Assembly: GCF_006345805.1 (NCBI RefSeq)
Contig: NC_043010.1
Coordinates: forward strand, 40,796,001 to 40,860,000
Origin: Octopus sinensis
Taxonomy: Eukaryota
Length of the DNA: 64,000 bases
Direction: 5' to 3'
The notes under the pieces are model-generated. The model had not been told where the DNA came from, made no database searches, and saw only the letters and a program-made list of their open reading frames with translations. Both the position numbers and the translations under genes were made by a program. This document shows positions 40,633 through 52,619 of the stretch, one piece after another. The first letter of the stretch is position 1. Each line of letters begins with the position of its first letter.

Positions 40633-41869
40633 ATATAATCTAATTTTTAACAAATTTATTTGCGCGTTTACAAAATGACGAAATTAAAGCGACTTTTCAG
40701 AAGAAAAAATGTTATTTTTTCGCTCTTCTCACTCCATCCGTGTGTGGGGGAATGGGTGCGTCTGTGTATGTTTGCGCGCGCGTGTGTGTGTGTGTGTGTG
40801 TAACGTCCCTTTACTCAGTTCCTGCCACCAAGCCCCGGGTACACACTCATTCTGTACTGCTTATGTTCACTCTCTATGTATCTCACCATTACTTTTTTTA
40901 CTCTCTCTCTCTCTCTCTTTTATAAAATTTTCTATACTCTCTCCCCACCCTCTCTCTCTCCCTTCTCTCTATCACCTCTCTCTCACCCCTCTCTCTCCCT
41001 CTCCCTATCTTACACTATTTATATGTATATACACGGACTACATAAATATATTCTATATAGATATTTTATATGCATATTATTATATATAAGCATATATATG
41101 TTTCTATATTTAAATAGATACATAAATATACGTACATGTATACATGTGTGTGTGTGTGTGTGTGTGTGTGCTATGCAGGCACACTGGTGTATGGGCGGGG
41201 TTGGGAGTGTGATAAGATTAATTACTAGCCCCGCCACTTACGCCAGTATAGTAATCACTGCAGGCATTTATTTCAATTCATCTCATGTAAATGTTGAATG
41301 AAGCTGTAGTGAAGATTTATATGGCTGAACGAGTTGGTGTGTGCAGCGCTGGGATTTTGAGATAAACCTATATACTACGCTAGATTATGTGTTCGGTAAA
41401 CACTGTCCTCTGAAACTGTTAGCGTCTTCGTGCACAACTATATAACATTATTGCATTTACCGAGAATGCGTTCGAGTGCGTATGGGTGAATGGTTAGCGT
41501 ACTAATCAAGAAGGTGAGTGGTTTATCGCTTGTGTTGTATCACTGTTGCGGTGCGCAGGGGGTTATATACTTATTTACATACTCTATATTAAGCGTCCAT
41601 GTGAAGCTGGAAGCTATGACGGATTAGGCATTTATCTAGTGACTCTTATAGGGATGAAAGATAAGACAAAAACAAAACATACAATGTAACAAGAGGCAGA
41701 AGATCTATTGTAACCACCCATGAATTGAAAGATGTTACCGTGTTTTCTGGCGTACAAGTCGACGTGGTGTATAAGTCGAGGTAGATTTTTCAGTAAAAAT
41801 AAATCAATGTTTCAATCTATACTCATCGTATAAACCGACTCTTTTCAAACTCTATTTTTAATGCTCTCC

Positions 41870-42200
41870 TTTCTTCTTTCTTTATGTCTTTAACCCTCTA
41901 ACGCGGAGTATAGGCCACTTATAGTTGAATTCCATGTCGCATAATTTTTCGCTTCTGTACTTATGCTCTGCCATAAATGTCCCCCTTTTTCTAGTTCCTT
42001 CTGTGTTGATCTACGCCACGAGTTCTTAGGCCTACCTTTCTTTCTATATTCATCCAGATTCCACTATAAAGCACTTTTCGCTACATTTGGTGTGTCTTTT
42101 CTAATTGTGCTACCAATCCACTTCCACGTTTTCTTAGATATTTGCTCCCTAATCGAATCTTCATTTGCTCTCCTTTACTTACGAAAAAAGTAAGTGTAAA
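41870..42200 (-). pseudogene. RTE-clade LINE 3' fragment
   Basis: IREQISKKTWKWIGSTIRK...AL*WNLDEYRKKGRPKNSWRRSTQKEL matches the RTE C-terminal WxWIGH...WNP..KRxRGRPKxTWRR pattern. Confidence 0.8.
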
Positions 42201-42840
42201 AGGAATTAATAAGCAGCTAAAATTTTTGTTATATGCTACCAGGGCAGACCTGAAGCGTAAACCTTCAAGCATCGTCACTGTTTTCCCAATCCTGTTACAT
42301 TTCATTCGGAATTTTTGGTCTTCCAGCTGTAAATTTTGGTCAGAGATATTCGACTCCTATGTCGGAAAAATATTGTATTAACGGTTGGCATATTCTTTTG
42401 CGTCTAAACTTGAAAACTATTTGGGGATAAAATTCACTGAAGGTGTGACGAGATACAATTAGGTGAAAGATGAGATGATTTACTTGTGGAAGTGGTACAT
42501 CCACTTTAAGAGGAAGACCTCACCAAAAAATATACCTATTTTTAGGGGTTAGGGTATATTTGTAACAATAGGGTCCTATGTCATTCTGCGTTCGGTCATT
42601 GGTTCACAGCAATTCGGGCGGAAGAAATATCGCATAGAGTAGTCTTGCTCGTGGCATTGGCTTGTTAGTTTTCTGACAAGTCAGTCGACATCTGCAAATT
42701 TTGATCGTAAACATCAGAAAAAGATATACACTTACACACAAACACACTCGCATTTGTAAATCATTCGTCTCTCTCTCTCTCTCTATTTAGATAGAGGGGG
42801 GAGGGAGGGTTGGATGTGATGTACAGATATTGTATATTGA

Positions 42841-42912
42841 GAATAAGAAGGCAGTCAGAATGTTGGATGATAATATATATAATCATCCAACATTCTGATT
42901 ACCTTCTTATTC
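42841..42912. repeat. 31-bp-arm hairpin with (TA) loop
   Basis: GAATAAGAAGGCAGTCAGAATGTTGGATGAT / ATCATCCAACATTCTGATTACCTTCTTATTC; one mismatch and one G-U on the plus strand. Confidence 0.9.
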
Positions 42913-42929
42913 CATATATATATATATAT

Positions 42930-42962
42930 ATATATACACACTTTTACGAGGAAAAGTATATA

Positions 42963-43008
<46 letters not shown>

Positions 43009-43172
43009 TGCACTTTTACGAGGAAAAGTGTATGTGTGTATATATATATATGCACTTTTACAAGGAAAAGTATATATATATATACACACTTTTCCTCGTA
43101 AAAGTGTGTGTGTATGTATATATATATATATATATAATATATATATATATACTCTTTTACAAGGGAAATATT
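42930..43172. repeat. Minisatellite of self-complementary units CACTTTT-acgagg-AAAAGT separated by (TA)/(TG)n
   Basis: Three direct units, one inverted unit (43081-43112), one degenerate unit. Confidence 0.85.
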
Positions 43173-43214
43173 GCCAGTGACTTCGAAGTTTCTGGTTGCA
43201 TGGCTTCCTTAAGT

Positions 43215-43530
43215 CGAAAAAATTGACCCAGTATCGGTACTTTTTATTTGTAAGACTGGCACTTATTCTGTCGGCCTTTTTTGCCTAACTGCTAAGATGC
43301 AAGGACATAAACACACCAGCAGCGGTTTTCAAGCGATGATGGAGAGACGAGCACAGGCACAAAGACACACACACACACACACCTATACGACGGGCTTTCT
43401 GTTTCTGTCTACCAAATCCATTCACAAGGCTGTGGTTGGCCCGAGGTTATGGTAGAAGACACAAGGTACCACACAGTGAGACTGATCCCGGAATAAAGAA
43501 GTTGAGAAGCAAACTTGTTACTACACCTAC
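43215..43530 (-). mobile_element. SINE family B (diverged)
   Basis: TCTACCAAATCCATTCACAAGGC, ATAAACACACCAGCAGCGG and head remnants. Confidence 0.8.
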
Positions 43531-46087
43531 ACAATCACACCTGAACCTATATATATAACCATATGATCTGTAAACATTAAAAAAGCATATGTATCTATGT
43601 GTGCATATATATATATGGTCAGGATGTCTCTGTGTGTGCATGTGAACATCTTTACATATAATGAATCCGTGCATACATATATATTACACGCACACGGTGC
43701 AGTGACTCTCTGGAAGAGTCAGGATTAATTTCAAAAGGATCTGAAATGACAAAGTAAAACCTGCGTAACATTTTATCTACAAATTATATATCCTTCTGGG
43801 ATATATATATCCTTCTGGGATATATATATACATATAGATGGATGGATGGATGGACGTTTTGGTCAAGAGCGGGAGTCTAGATTCGTCTTTCGTCGAAATC
43901 AATATATAATGCCAATATATTTTCATTAACACCGTTCTCACGTTAAAGCTTTCGAATATGCAATGGCAACCTCTTTCTGCAATTTATCTCCTCTGAGCTG
44001 AATTCTTCCACACCTGTTGCGTGAAAAGCAATTTTGGATCAGACTAATTAAGAAATTCCATTCCGCTTTCTTTGGCGATTATTGAGCTTTTTCTTTTTTT
44101 CTTTTTGCATCATTTTAATTTTTGTTTGTTTTTGTGTCATTTTCATTTTCTTTTTTGTTTTTGTGACATTTTCATTTTCTTTTCCCCTGTTTGTCATTTT
44201 CTTTTCTTTTGTTCCTTTTACGAGTGAAATCAAATAAAACAGCAAGATTATTTACATAATGGAACCTCTCTTCACATGTGAATAACTCAAACTTGACGCT
44301 AGCGAGAACAATTGTTTCGTGCCGGTTTCTTTCGTGTTATTTCCAACCGAAATTAAAACTAACACCGTGAATATGTTGTATTAGCTGTTTTTCGCCCGTG
44401 TAGATCCATGTATCGCCTTGGATTACGTAGAAATAGAAGTAGAAATGTCACAGCCAACTAGGTCGTCGATATAGTGTTCAGCTACCACCCGAAACGTAGG
44501 CAGTTTGCTGTCATTATTTGTTTTGTTTTGTTTTTGCAGCGCCGAAAACAATTTCGCTGTCATATTTCTGCTGAAATATACAACCTTTATTTCAATTAAT
44601 ATTAGAAATAATTAAACATTTAGTAAAATAACTTTGTCATTATTAAACTGGTGTATGAAACATAATGTGAAATTTTTATGGTGGATTTTAATTTAAATCT
44701 CTTTCAAGCAGATTTCTTTCATGAAACCATAGACGGTCTCAGACGGTTTGGTATCAGAAAGGTTAATTCCTACTGGCTCAGTCAGTCGAACCGTCACATT
44801 GTACCATACATGAGAATAATTCATTGCAAAAGAGCTTCAATGTGGTTTTTCTATCTGCCAGAAATAGCAGCCACATTTTCTTTTTCTTTGATTATACCAC
44901 TTCGTTTTTTGAAAACGCTGAATGGGAGAACGCATTAAATATACTATATACTGTATCCAAATATATTCTATATCCAAACATTGTATATCCAAAAATAAAA
45001 CTTGATCTGATCACTAGAATGATTTGGGTCATAAGTTCGAGTAATCACCTCTTGCTTGGGGTCAAACTATCACCACCACAACAATACAATCTAACAATGG
45101 TATATAGGGTTCGGTAAGATGACTGTAGTTTTAAGGAGGGTTTCGTTAACTTGCGGCACGAAGTTCGAGTCATTCTGTGGTCTTGATTGATAAACTAGCG
45201 AGAATCTATTAAATTCATTCTCCTTATGAAGACATTGCGTATGAGGTCACGCATAAATAGTATTTGGTATTTATTTACAGACATTTACACCCTGAGTTCA
45301 AACCCTGCCAATATCGACTTTGCCTTCGGTCTTTCCTGAGTTTGTGTTTCAGTCAAGCAATGGAGTTGCTATCTCTACGCTAGAAATTAGTTTACTCGTT
45401 TTAAGTTTTCTTTTTATTTCTTTCACCAGTCCAGAAGGTCCGTAATGCAATCTTGAGCGCCTCGCTTCCTAGCCCAAAGGATAGGGTCAAATTGACAGAT
45501 CGCTAAGCTACGAGTCCGCTTCCTTGGACCTTGTCTAACTGGGTATCAACATATCACATCTGCAGGAAGGTCAGGCAAACAATAGAGACAAGATAGTCAA
45601 ACTATTGAGATTCTGTTACCAGAGACGTTAGTATTCGAAAATTCAGACAATAGAAAATGTACACAGGCATTTGTAGTTATGAATCAGAAGTACGGAATAA
45701 TTATTTAAAACTAATATGAACGAGGCCGAGTCGTTTCTCGAACTCAGTTAAACGAGTCTTTCGTAGTCAATAAATATATAAAAAGTAACGGTTAGATCTT
45801 TGTAGAAATTACAGCCAGGTATATTAGACAAATGAAAAACACGTGGACAAATGAATTTTGGCATAGTGTGCTTAAAAATAGAAGATGAGAAGGGTAGGAT
45901 CAAAATGCCTTTAGTTATAGATATTCCGATTTGGGGTCAAGTAATAATGGATATTAATAGCTATCTGGTGTTTTTCGGGTGCATAGACACAGTAAGCAAT
46001 ACTAGGCGGGGATGAATTCTACAGGACAAACTTCCATCTTTCACGAATGTGTATATATACACATATATAAGATAAATATACACATTG

Positions 46088-46275
46088 TACAAGGGAATGC
46101 TGAAAAGTTATTGGTTTCTTTGGGTAAAAGAAAATACAGCATCAGTTAATTATGATTTTATTCAACATTGTCGGATTCACACACTTATAGCAGCTGTCTT
46201 TCAGTGTTTCTAAGCCCTGTAAAGGGCCTCCAACCAGACCTTTTGCGATACCCTTAAAGGCAGTAACTTTTTGTC
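46088..46275 (+). mobile_element. Mariner-like non-autonomous DNA transposon end
   Basis: Starts TACAAGGGAATGCTGAAAAGT. Shares TTATGATTTTATT, CACACACTTAT, CTAAGCC, CCTTTTGCGA.ACCCTTAAAG blocks with 48218-48445. Confidence 0.5.
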
Positions 46276-46649
46276 ATATGGTCGTATATATAAATGTATG
46301 TGTTTGTCTATACATATACATGCATACATATTTACTCATATGAATATATACATACATGTATACACATACAGACGTATATATATATATATATGGAGAATTC
46401 ACAAAAAAACAAAAGATGAAGACAGTCGGTGTACACAACAAACAGATGTATTAGTATAACGCCATATGTATGCGTATATATATATACATACATACATATG
46501 CCATGGTGTGATATCTGTGTTGCTTTTGTAGGACATATTTGTGCGTCCATGCGTCACTACAATACTGTACTTGTAGATAAAATATATTTTTGAATTGAAA
46601 GGGTAAGACAGGAAACATTAAACACAATAGATCCATGACTTTAAAGAGA

Positions 46650-47330
46650 ATTCAATGTAGAATGAAGACATTCCAATAAAGAGCCGAGACTTTGAAGAAA
46701 AGCAGAAAAAATACACATGCAGCGAAAGAGAAACATGGATATTGGAATAAATATTTCAGAAGAAAGACATAATAATGTACTAAAACTATTAAAGCTAGTT
46801 CAAGAAATTGAAATACTGTGTACAAAGTAATGTAATGGATATGAAAGAGTATGGAGTGAGAGAAAGAGAGAGAAAGAATATGGAGTGAGAGAGAGAATGA
46901 TTGTGTGTACGAAAGGATTATGTTTGTAGGAAAATGAGTTTTTGTATAAGTGGGGAAATTAGGCATGTTGAAAGAGTGAAAGCATATAAAACTGGAAAAG
47001 ATGTAGATGTTAAAGTATAGCTGTGGTGATAGAAAGACATGAGGAGAAAGTGAGAAAGAATGAAGGTAAAAAAAGAAATGGAAAGAATGGAAGAAAGAGT
47101 GAATGATTCGATGAAAGAAATATAAGTATAAAGAAATTGAAATGAAAAATGTATGACTGAATGTATGCATGAAATATTGCTTGAATGAGGATGTGAAACA
47201 GTTAATTACGCAAGAAAAGAAAGTATTATAAATGTCAGAATGAAAAATGGTTGGCAGTTTCAGAAGGAAAATGGATGAATGAGTTGTTCGCGGTAGAAAA
47301 TGAAATATAGAATATGGCGAGGAATCTGAA
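46650..47330 (+). repeat. Purine-rich (GA/AAG) low-complexity tract
   Basis: Strong A/G skew; explains the 270-aa F/S/L-rich minus ORF. Confidence 0.7.
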
Positions 47331-47364
47331 AAGCAAAGTTTAAAAGGATGTTGAGGACTGAAAA

Positions 47365-47520
47365 GGAAAGTGGCCTTTGTGGTAAGAAGCTTACTTGCCA
47401 AACACATGACCCCGGGTTCCTCGTACTGTGTGGCACATGTGGAAAATGTCTTCAAGCCGACCAAAGTTTTGTGTGTGATTTTGGTAGACGGAAACTGAAA
47501 GAAGTCCGTCGTGTGTGTGA
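47365..47520 (+). mobile_element. SINE family B 5' half
   Basis: GTGGTAAGAAGCTTACTTGCCAAACACATG...TTTGGTAGACGGAAACTGAAAGAAG. Confidence 0.8.
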
Positions 47521-47561
<41 letters not shown>

Positions 47562-47742
47562 TATAATTTAGGGTAGCTAAGAGATACCACTACGCTGGAA
47601 ATAGCTGTCAAAACTTGACTCTAAAACCACATTTTGAGCAAACATGCTTCTCTGTCATTGTGTTTTCTTTAATGAAGAAGTAATAATGCCAGGTTCTTTT
47701 TTGTCTGTTGCTAATGTTGTCAGTGGTGGTGTCGTGGTGTTC

Positions 47743-48445
47743 TATAATTAAAATATTTCCGGGTAATCAACCTCCACTAACGAACATCTTGTTCTTTAAT
47801 CATTCCTCTGATACTTAACTCTCCTTCTTGCTTGCAGCTCCTCCACCCACTGCTTCCAGGACACAATTTCATCTGCTAAGATTAACTGACCTTATGCCTT
47901 GGAAACCAAGATAATATCTAGTTGCTATATATATATATATATATATAACATAAATGGTCTGAGATTCACTACAGCTGTTTCATTAATCAACAAATCAATT
48001 ACACCATGTAACAAAATCTGTTAGAATAAAATTTAAAGTTTATAATTTTTTATACAGATAAGAATAGGATGCATATTGACTCTCTCATCTCGGTACCGGT
48101 ACCGTAATAAGTATGCGAGTGTCTGCGTACTCTGTTAATACCGTTATGCTTTCGTTGACACTTGTAATTACAATACGTCAATTCAACTGGATCCTGAATA
48201 TGTACGTATACGGTGGTGTACATATGTAAACAGGGGTGTGCTGAATAGTTGCTGGTTTTCGGTAACAGAAAATGCCAGAGGACCAGTTGATTATGATTTT
48301 ATTTAACATATTCTCCTCTTAAATTCACACACTTATTGCAGCAGTCGTCCAGTTGTTCTAAGCCTTATAAAAGAGCTAGGAAGGCTGGGCCTCTAGCCAG
48401 GCCTTTTGCGACACCCTTAAAGCGGAGAACTTTGGAAAAAACCCT

Positions 48446-48488
<43 letters not shown>

Positions 48489-48670
48489 CAACTAGATATT
48501 ATCTTGGTTTCCAAGGCATAAGGACAGTTAATCCTAGCAGATGTAATTGTACCCTGGAAGGAGTGGGTGGAGAAGCTGGAAGCAAGAAGGAGAGTTAAGT
48601 ATCAGAGGAATGATTAAAGAACAAGATATTCGTTAGTGGAGGTTGATTACCCGGAAATACCTTAATTATA
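47743..48670. repeat. Inverted duplication, ~190-200-bp arms with ~500-bp spacer
   Basis: 47754-47945 is the reverse complement of 48448-48659 with about 10 substitutions. Inner ends are (TA)n. Confidence 0.92.
48218..48445 (+). mobile_element. Mariner-like non-autonomous DNA transposon end (second copy)
   Basis: Collinear with 46088-46275; begins AGGGGTGTGCTGAATAGT. Confidence 0.5.
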
Positions 48671-48794
48671 CCTATGCATATATAAACATTATGTAGTGAA
48701 ATATCGTAAATGAGGGTTTAGCGAGCCATAACTATTTGTAGGCTCGATATATTGAGCGCTTATCTCGGATACACAGAGATACACAGTAACATTA

Positions 48795-48831
48795 CATACA
48801 CACACACACACACACACACACACGTAGATAT

Positions 48832-48920
<89 letters not shown>
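48795..48920. repeat. (CA)n and long (ATAG)n microsatellite
   Basis: Direct reading. Confidence 0.95.
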
Positions 48921-48921
<1 letters not shown>

Positions 48922-50635
48922 GCAATACCCACATATCACATACCCGTGTGTATAAAATACTGCAGATGAAGTTTAAAGAAAGTAAAAAGAAAAAGATTGC
49001 ATCACAGCAACTACAACATCACCAGAACAAGATATCAACAGCCTAATGAATCGTAGTATTATGTTCGGAAAGAAAATGGTGGCGTTTCCGGCGCAGGATG
49101 GTGCTGTCTGTCTCGGAAGTTTTGTTACGGTACAAATGAGATAATCGCACCATCCTTTTTTCTATTAGTTCTATAAACAACACCCTTTGCAAAAGATTCT
49201 TTGACTCTGTTTTAACACCTACGGAATAGAGTATCAATTACTATTTTTTCATATTGCTTCTTTTGTGTTCGATATTGTTACTGCCTCTTCTGTGGTTGTT
49301 CTTGGTGTTGTTTTCATGGTTGACGTTAATATTAATGTGTAGTTGTGCCGCTGCTGCTGCTGTTTTTGTCGGTATAGCCATTGTATTTGTTGTTATGTAT
49401 TTTCCTGCCACTTGTATTATTATACGTCTAGATACTGCTTTCTTTTACAGAATTTAATTTATTTTCGTATGCATTGTTTTGTGTTTTTTTATTTTGCTTT
49501 TTGTTGTTTTTTTGTTTATATTTATGGCTTCATGTAAATAATACAAGTATTTATGACTAACATATTAATGTCACGTGCTACATTGGCGAATTACGTCATT
49601 TGATGATTTTTAATTATCAAAATCATAAAGCAGCGATGGCGGCTGCGACGGTGGTAGCGGGTATAAAGTTGCGCATTAGGTGCTGTGAGGTGAGGTCAGA
49701 TGGTATACCATTCACTGTCTTTAAAGAAGAAGTAATAATGCCAGGTTCTTTTTTGTCTGTTGCTAATGTTGTCAGTGGTGGTGGTGGTGTGGTGGTGTTA
49801 CTCTTGTTAGTGAAAATGATGAGTATCTCTTAAATCATTTTTTTTTCACGAATGCAGATCAGTTTACTTCAAAGTATTATGTACACATATTAAATTATAT
49901 TTATTACTCGTGGCTGTATGTTGGGGGATGGGGGTGAATTTTCTATTAAAAGGCAATTTTAATGAAGAAATAGATGTTTCGAAACGAGCAGAGCTCGGCT
50001 TCAGGTTAAATTTCACTCTTATTTGAAGTTAGATCGCCAGACAATTGATGAATTGTTCTATTTTTATGTTCTGAGTTCAAATCCATCCTAGATCAATCTT
50101 ATTTTTCATACAAGCGAGGTCGATGAAGTAACTGTGAAGTGCAATGATGAGACAATCGACCCTAGCCATTCCCTTTAAATTTCAGGTCATGCCCCTATGT
50201 AAGAAATCAATACGGCTTTCAACAGGCAGTCTGGCGATCATCGGACATTTGCTTGTCAGTTTCTTAACCATGACCAGTTGAGCATGTCCCTTAGTTGCTA
50301 AGGATATGCGCATCTCTGATCATAAGTATACATAGTGGGGGTGCATCTTAGACATGAGTTATGAATTACGTAAACATATATAATATATAGACGGACAATA
50401 TATGGCTATTTGTCGTATGTTTATTGTTCAATTCTAGTTATTGTACATGCATATGCATGTGCACGTATACGATTGTGTGTTTGTATATTTTAATTATTCG
50501 CCATTGAACTCTGGTTTAACTATATTTCATCGTCTTCTACACACACTTATTTTAAATATCCACCCTACATTTTTACTTCGCATATATTTACCGTAAATCT
50601 GCGTTCATATTTATTCACATACGTCGAATATATAT

Positions 50636-50666
<31 letters not shown>

Positions 50667-51907
50667 TCTTTTGTAGTTTGTCATAATTACTATTTCACTT
50701 TCAGGTTCCTACGGTTTCTACCACAAGAGAAATCAAAAATCAGATTCAATATAAACTACTTTTATTTCCGTAGAAAAGAATTCATTTGCGAATACAAGTG
50801 GAAAATATTGAAATGAAATTTTCATTTCTGTTTTAGTAACAGTAACCTTGGGAGTTCTCAAGTAAATAATACTAACTATATTAACTAAGCCACTAAAAAC
50901 AAACGCAATTTTACAGACAGAAATGTATTAAGATAATAAGATCTTAAATAAATAGAATCGATCATAAATTTAGACCAGATGTGTAAGACAATCTTTTTGT
51001 TTCTATAAACTATTAATTTTTTGCTCTACTCTATCTTTGCTTTTTGTGTGATGATATTTTTTATAGAAATCATGGTTTATAACCATCATTTCATTTATAG
51101 ATTTTTCCTTTAGCTTTTATTCAAATGATACTTTATCAACAACGATTTACCTCTCGCTTTAGAAATAATATGATATTTTATATGAGGAAAGGTTAATAGA
51201 TTTCATTCAAACACCGATCAGTGACAATTATGTGATTCTTTTTTGCTTACATTTCTAGAAAGTATATAAAGCTAAGTGCTGAGTCTTCTACAGCCCTATG
51301 TTCTAGTAATGGCCAGAAGGACAAAACCTGAGTACCCACACACACACACACACACGGGCATACATAATTTACTTATGGCATTCAATAGAATCTAGGCACA
51401 TCAAAACTGAGGACGACAGAAATGGCTTGGCACAATAACATAGGGTTCACAATGAGGAAAAGCAACCGTGAAGGTATCAGGTGTTGGTAGGATACAGTAG
51501 GTATGTAAGTGCCAAATAAAATTTAAACCGTAGGCCCGACTCGGAGCTGGTTCTAGTGCAGTATGTGTGTGTGTGTGTGTGCGTGAAAAGGCGATAATTG
51601 TTCTATAACGTTCTGTCGTCATGAGTTTTGCTTTCTTTTATCTCAAGCCAAAATATCTGCTGGGTTTAATGACCTTAATGTCTACACCATATCTTTGTAC
51701 GTTCTCATAAACAGTAATAGGCTACAAACCTAAATAAAACAAAAAGCGTTTGCAATCATATAGTTCTTTGATCTCATTGCTTCACGCATGCCCGTTAAAA
51801 CCACCCCTAATTTCCACAATAAATTTGAAAGTTATTTCTAAAATCCTACTTATCCAACAATGTCGGATGGGTTCGTCATAAATATGTTATTATCTCCCCT
51901 ACCTGTT

Positions 51908-52000
51908 TAAAATGTTGCCTGAAGATGGTGGATGATGTACTATGATATAATTTATGGATACATTAATAAAATTCTACCGAAACAGATGTTGTAAATTTTA
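51908..52000 (+). ncRNA. Minimal type-I hammerhead ribozyme motif
   Basis: TAAAATGTTGC-CTGAAGA-T-GGTGGA...TCTACC-GAAAC-AGAT-GTT-GTAAATTTTA. Stem I 10 bp with one bulge, stem II 6 bp plus inner TGATGTA/TACATTA helix, GUU triplet. One extra U after A9; loop AGAT is one change from palindromic AGCT. Confidence 0.7.
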
Positions 52001-52014
52001 AACTCCATTCTTGT

Positions 52015-52175
52015 TTAGGCATGACACTGTGGTAAGAATCTTGCTTCCAAACCACATGATTCGGGGATTGGTCGCACTGCATGACACCATGAGCAATTAT
52101 CTTCTACTTTAGCCTCTGAATGGCCAAAGCCTTATGAGTAGATATAGTAAGCGGAAACTGAAAGAAGCCCTGTTT
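52015..52175 (+). mobile_element. SINE family B 5' half (diverged)
   Basis: GTGGTAAGAATCTTGCTTCCAAACCACATG...GCGGAAACTGAAAGAAGCCC. Confidence 0.75.
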
Positions 52176-52229
52176 CTGTCAAATTAGTTCGTAGTTGTCT
52201 CTTGTAAGCAAACTTCTATGTGCTTTCGG

Positions 52230-52382
52230 TGCGAATGGTTTTGTTATATGGTGCCGAGTTTTGCAATACTGTAAATAATAATAATGTTATGTCCTATTAT
52301 TAGACTATTTTCCTTAGTCATTGCACGGTGATCGCTATAATTATTTACAGGATTGTAAAACTCGGCACCAAAACCATTCGCA
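52230..52382. mobile_element. Small inverted-repeat element (MITE-like)
   Basis: TGCGAATGGTTTT..GGTGCCGAGTTTTGCAATACTGTAAATAAT mirrored at 52340-52382, with a ~6-nt insertion in the left arm. No clear TSD. Confidence 0.6.
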
Positions 52383-52619
52383 TATATATATTTATAATAT
52401 AGTAACGTGTGGCTAACTGCTTATGAATTTATTTTTTTATCAATTTTTTAGTACCATCAGTGATTCTGTACCTATATCTAAACACAAACGTAAATTATGC
52501 TTTTTTGTACGAATATGGTCGTGTACATTTGGAATTTAGAAGTGTTGTATTAATGGGTTGTGTGTAGTTCTCATAATTTCAATTGCCATTTCAGTGGATC
52601 TTCTGTCGCTTTCATCGAC

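Noticed and set aside
46652-47464. 270-aa minus ORF
   Set aside because: F/S/L-rich read-through of a purine-skewed low-complexity tract, starting in a SINE B head.
50703-50870. Plus-strand exon after TTTCACTTTCAG
   Set aside because: All frames close early or are low-information, and there is no good donor.
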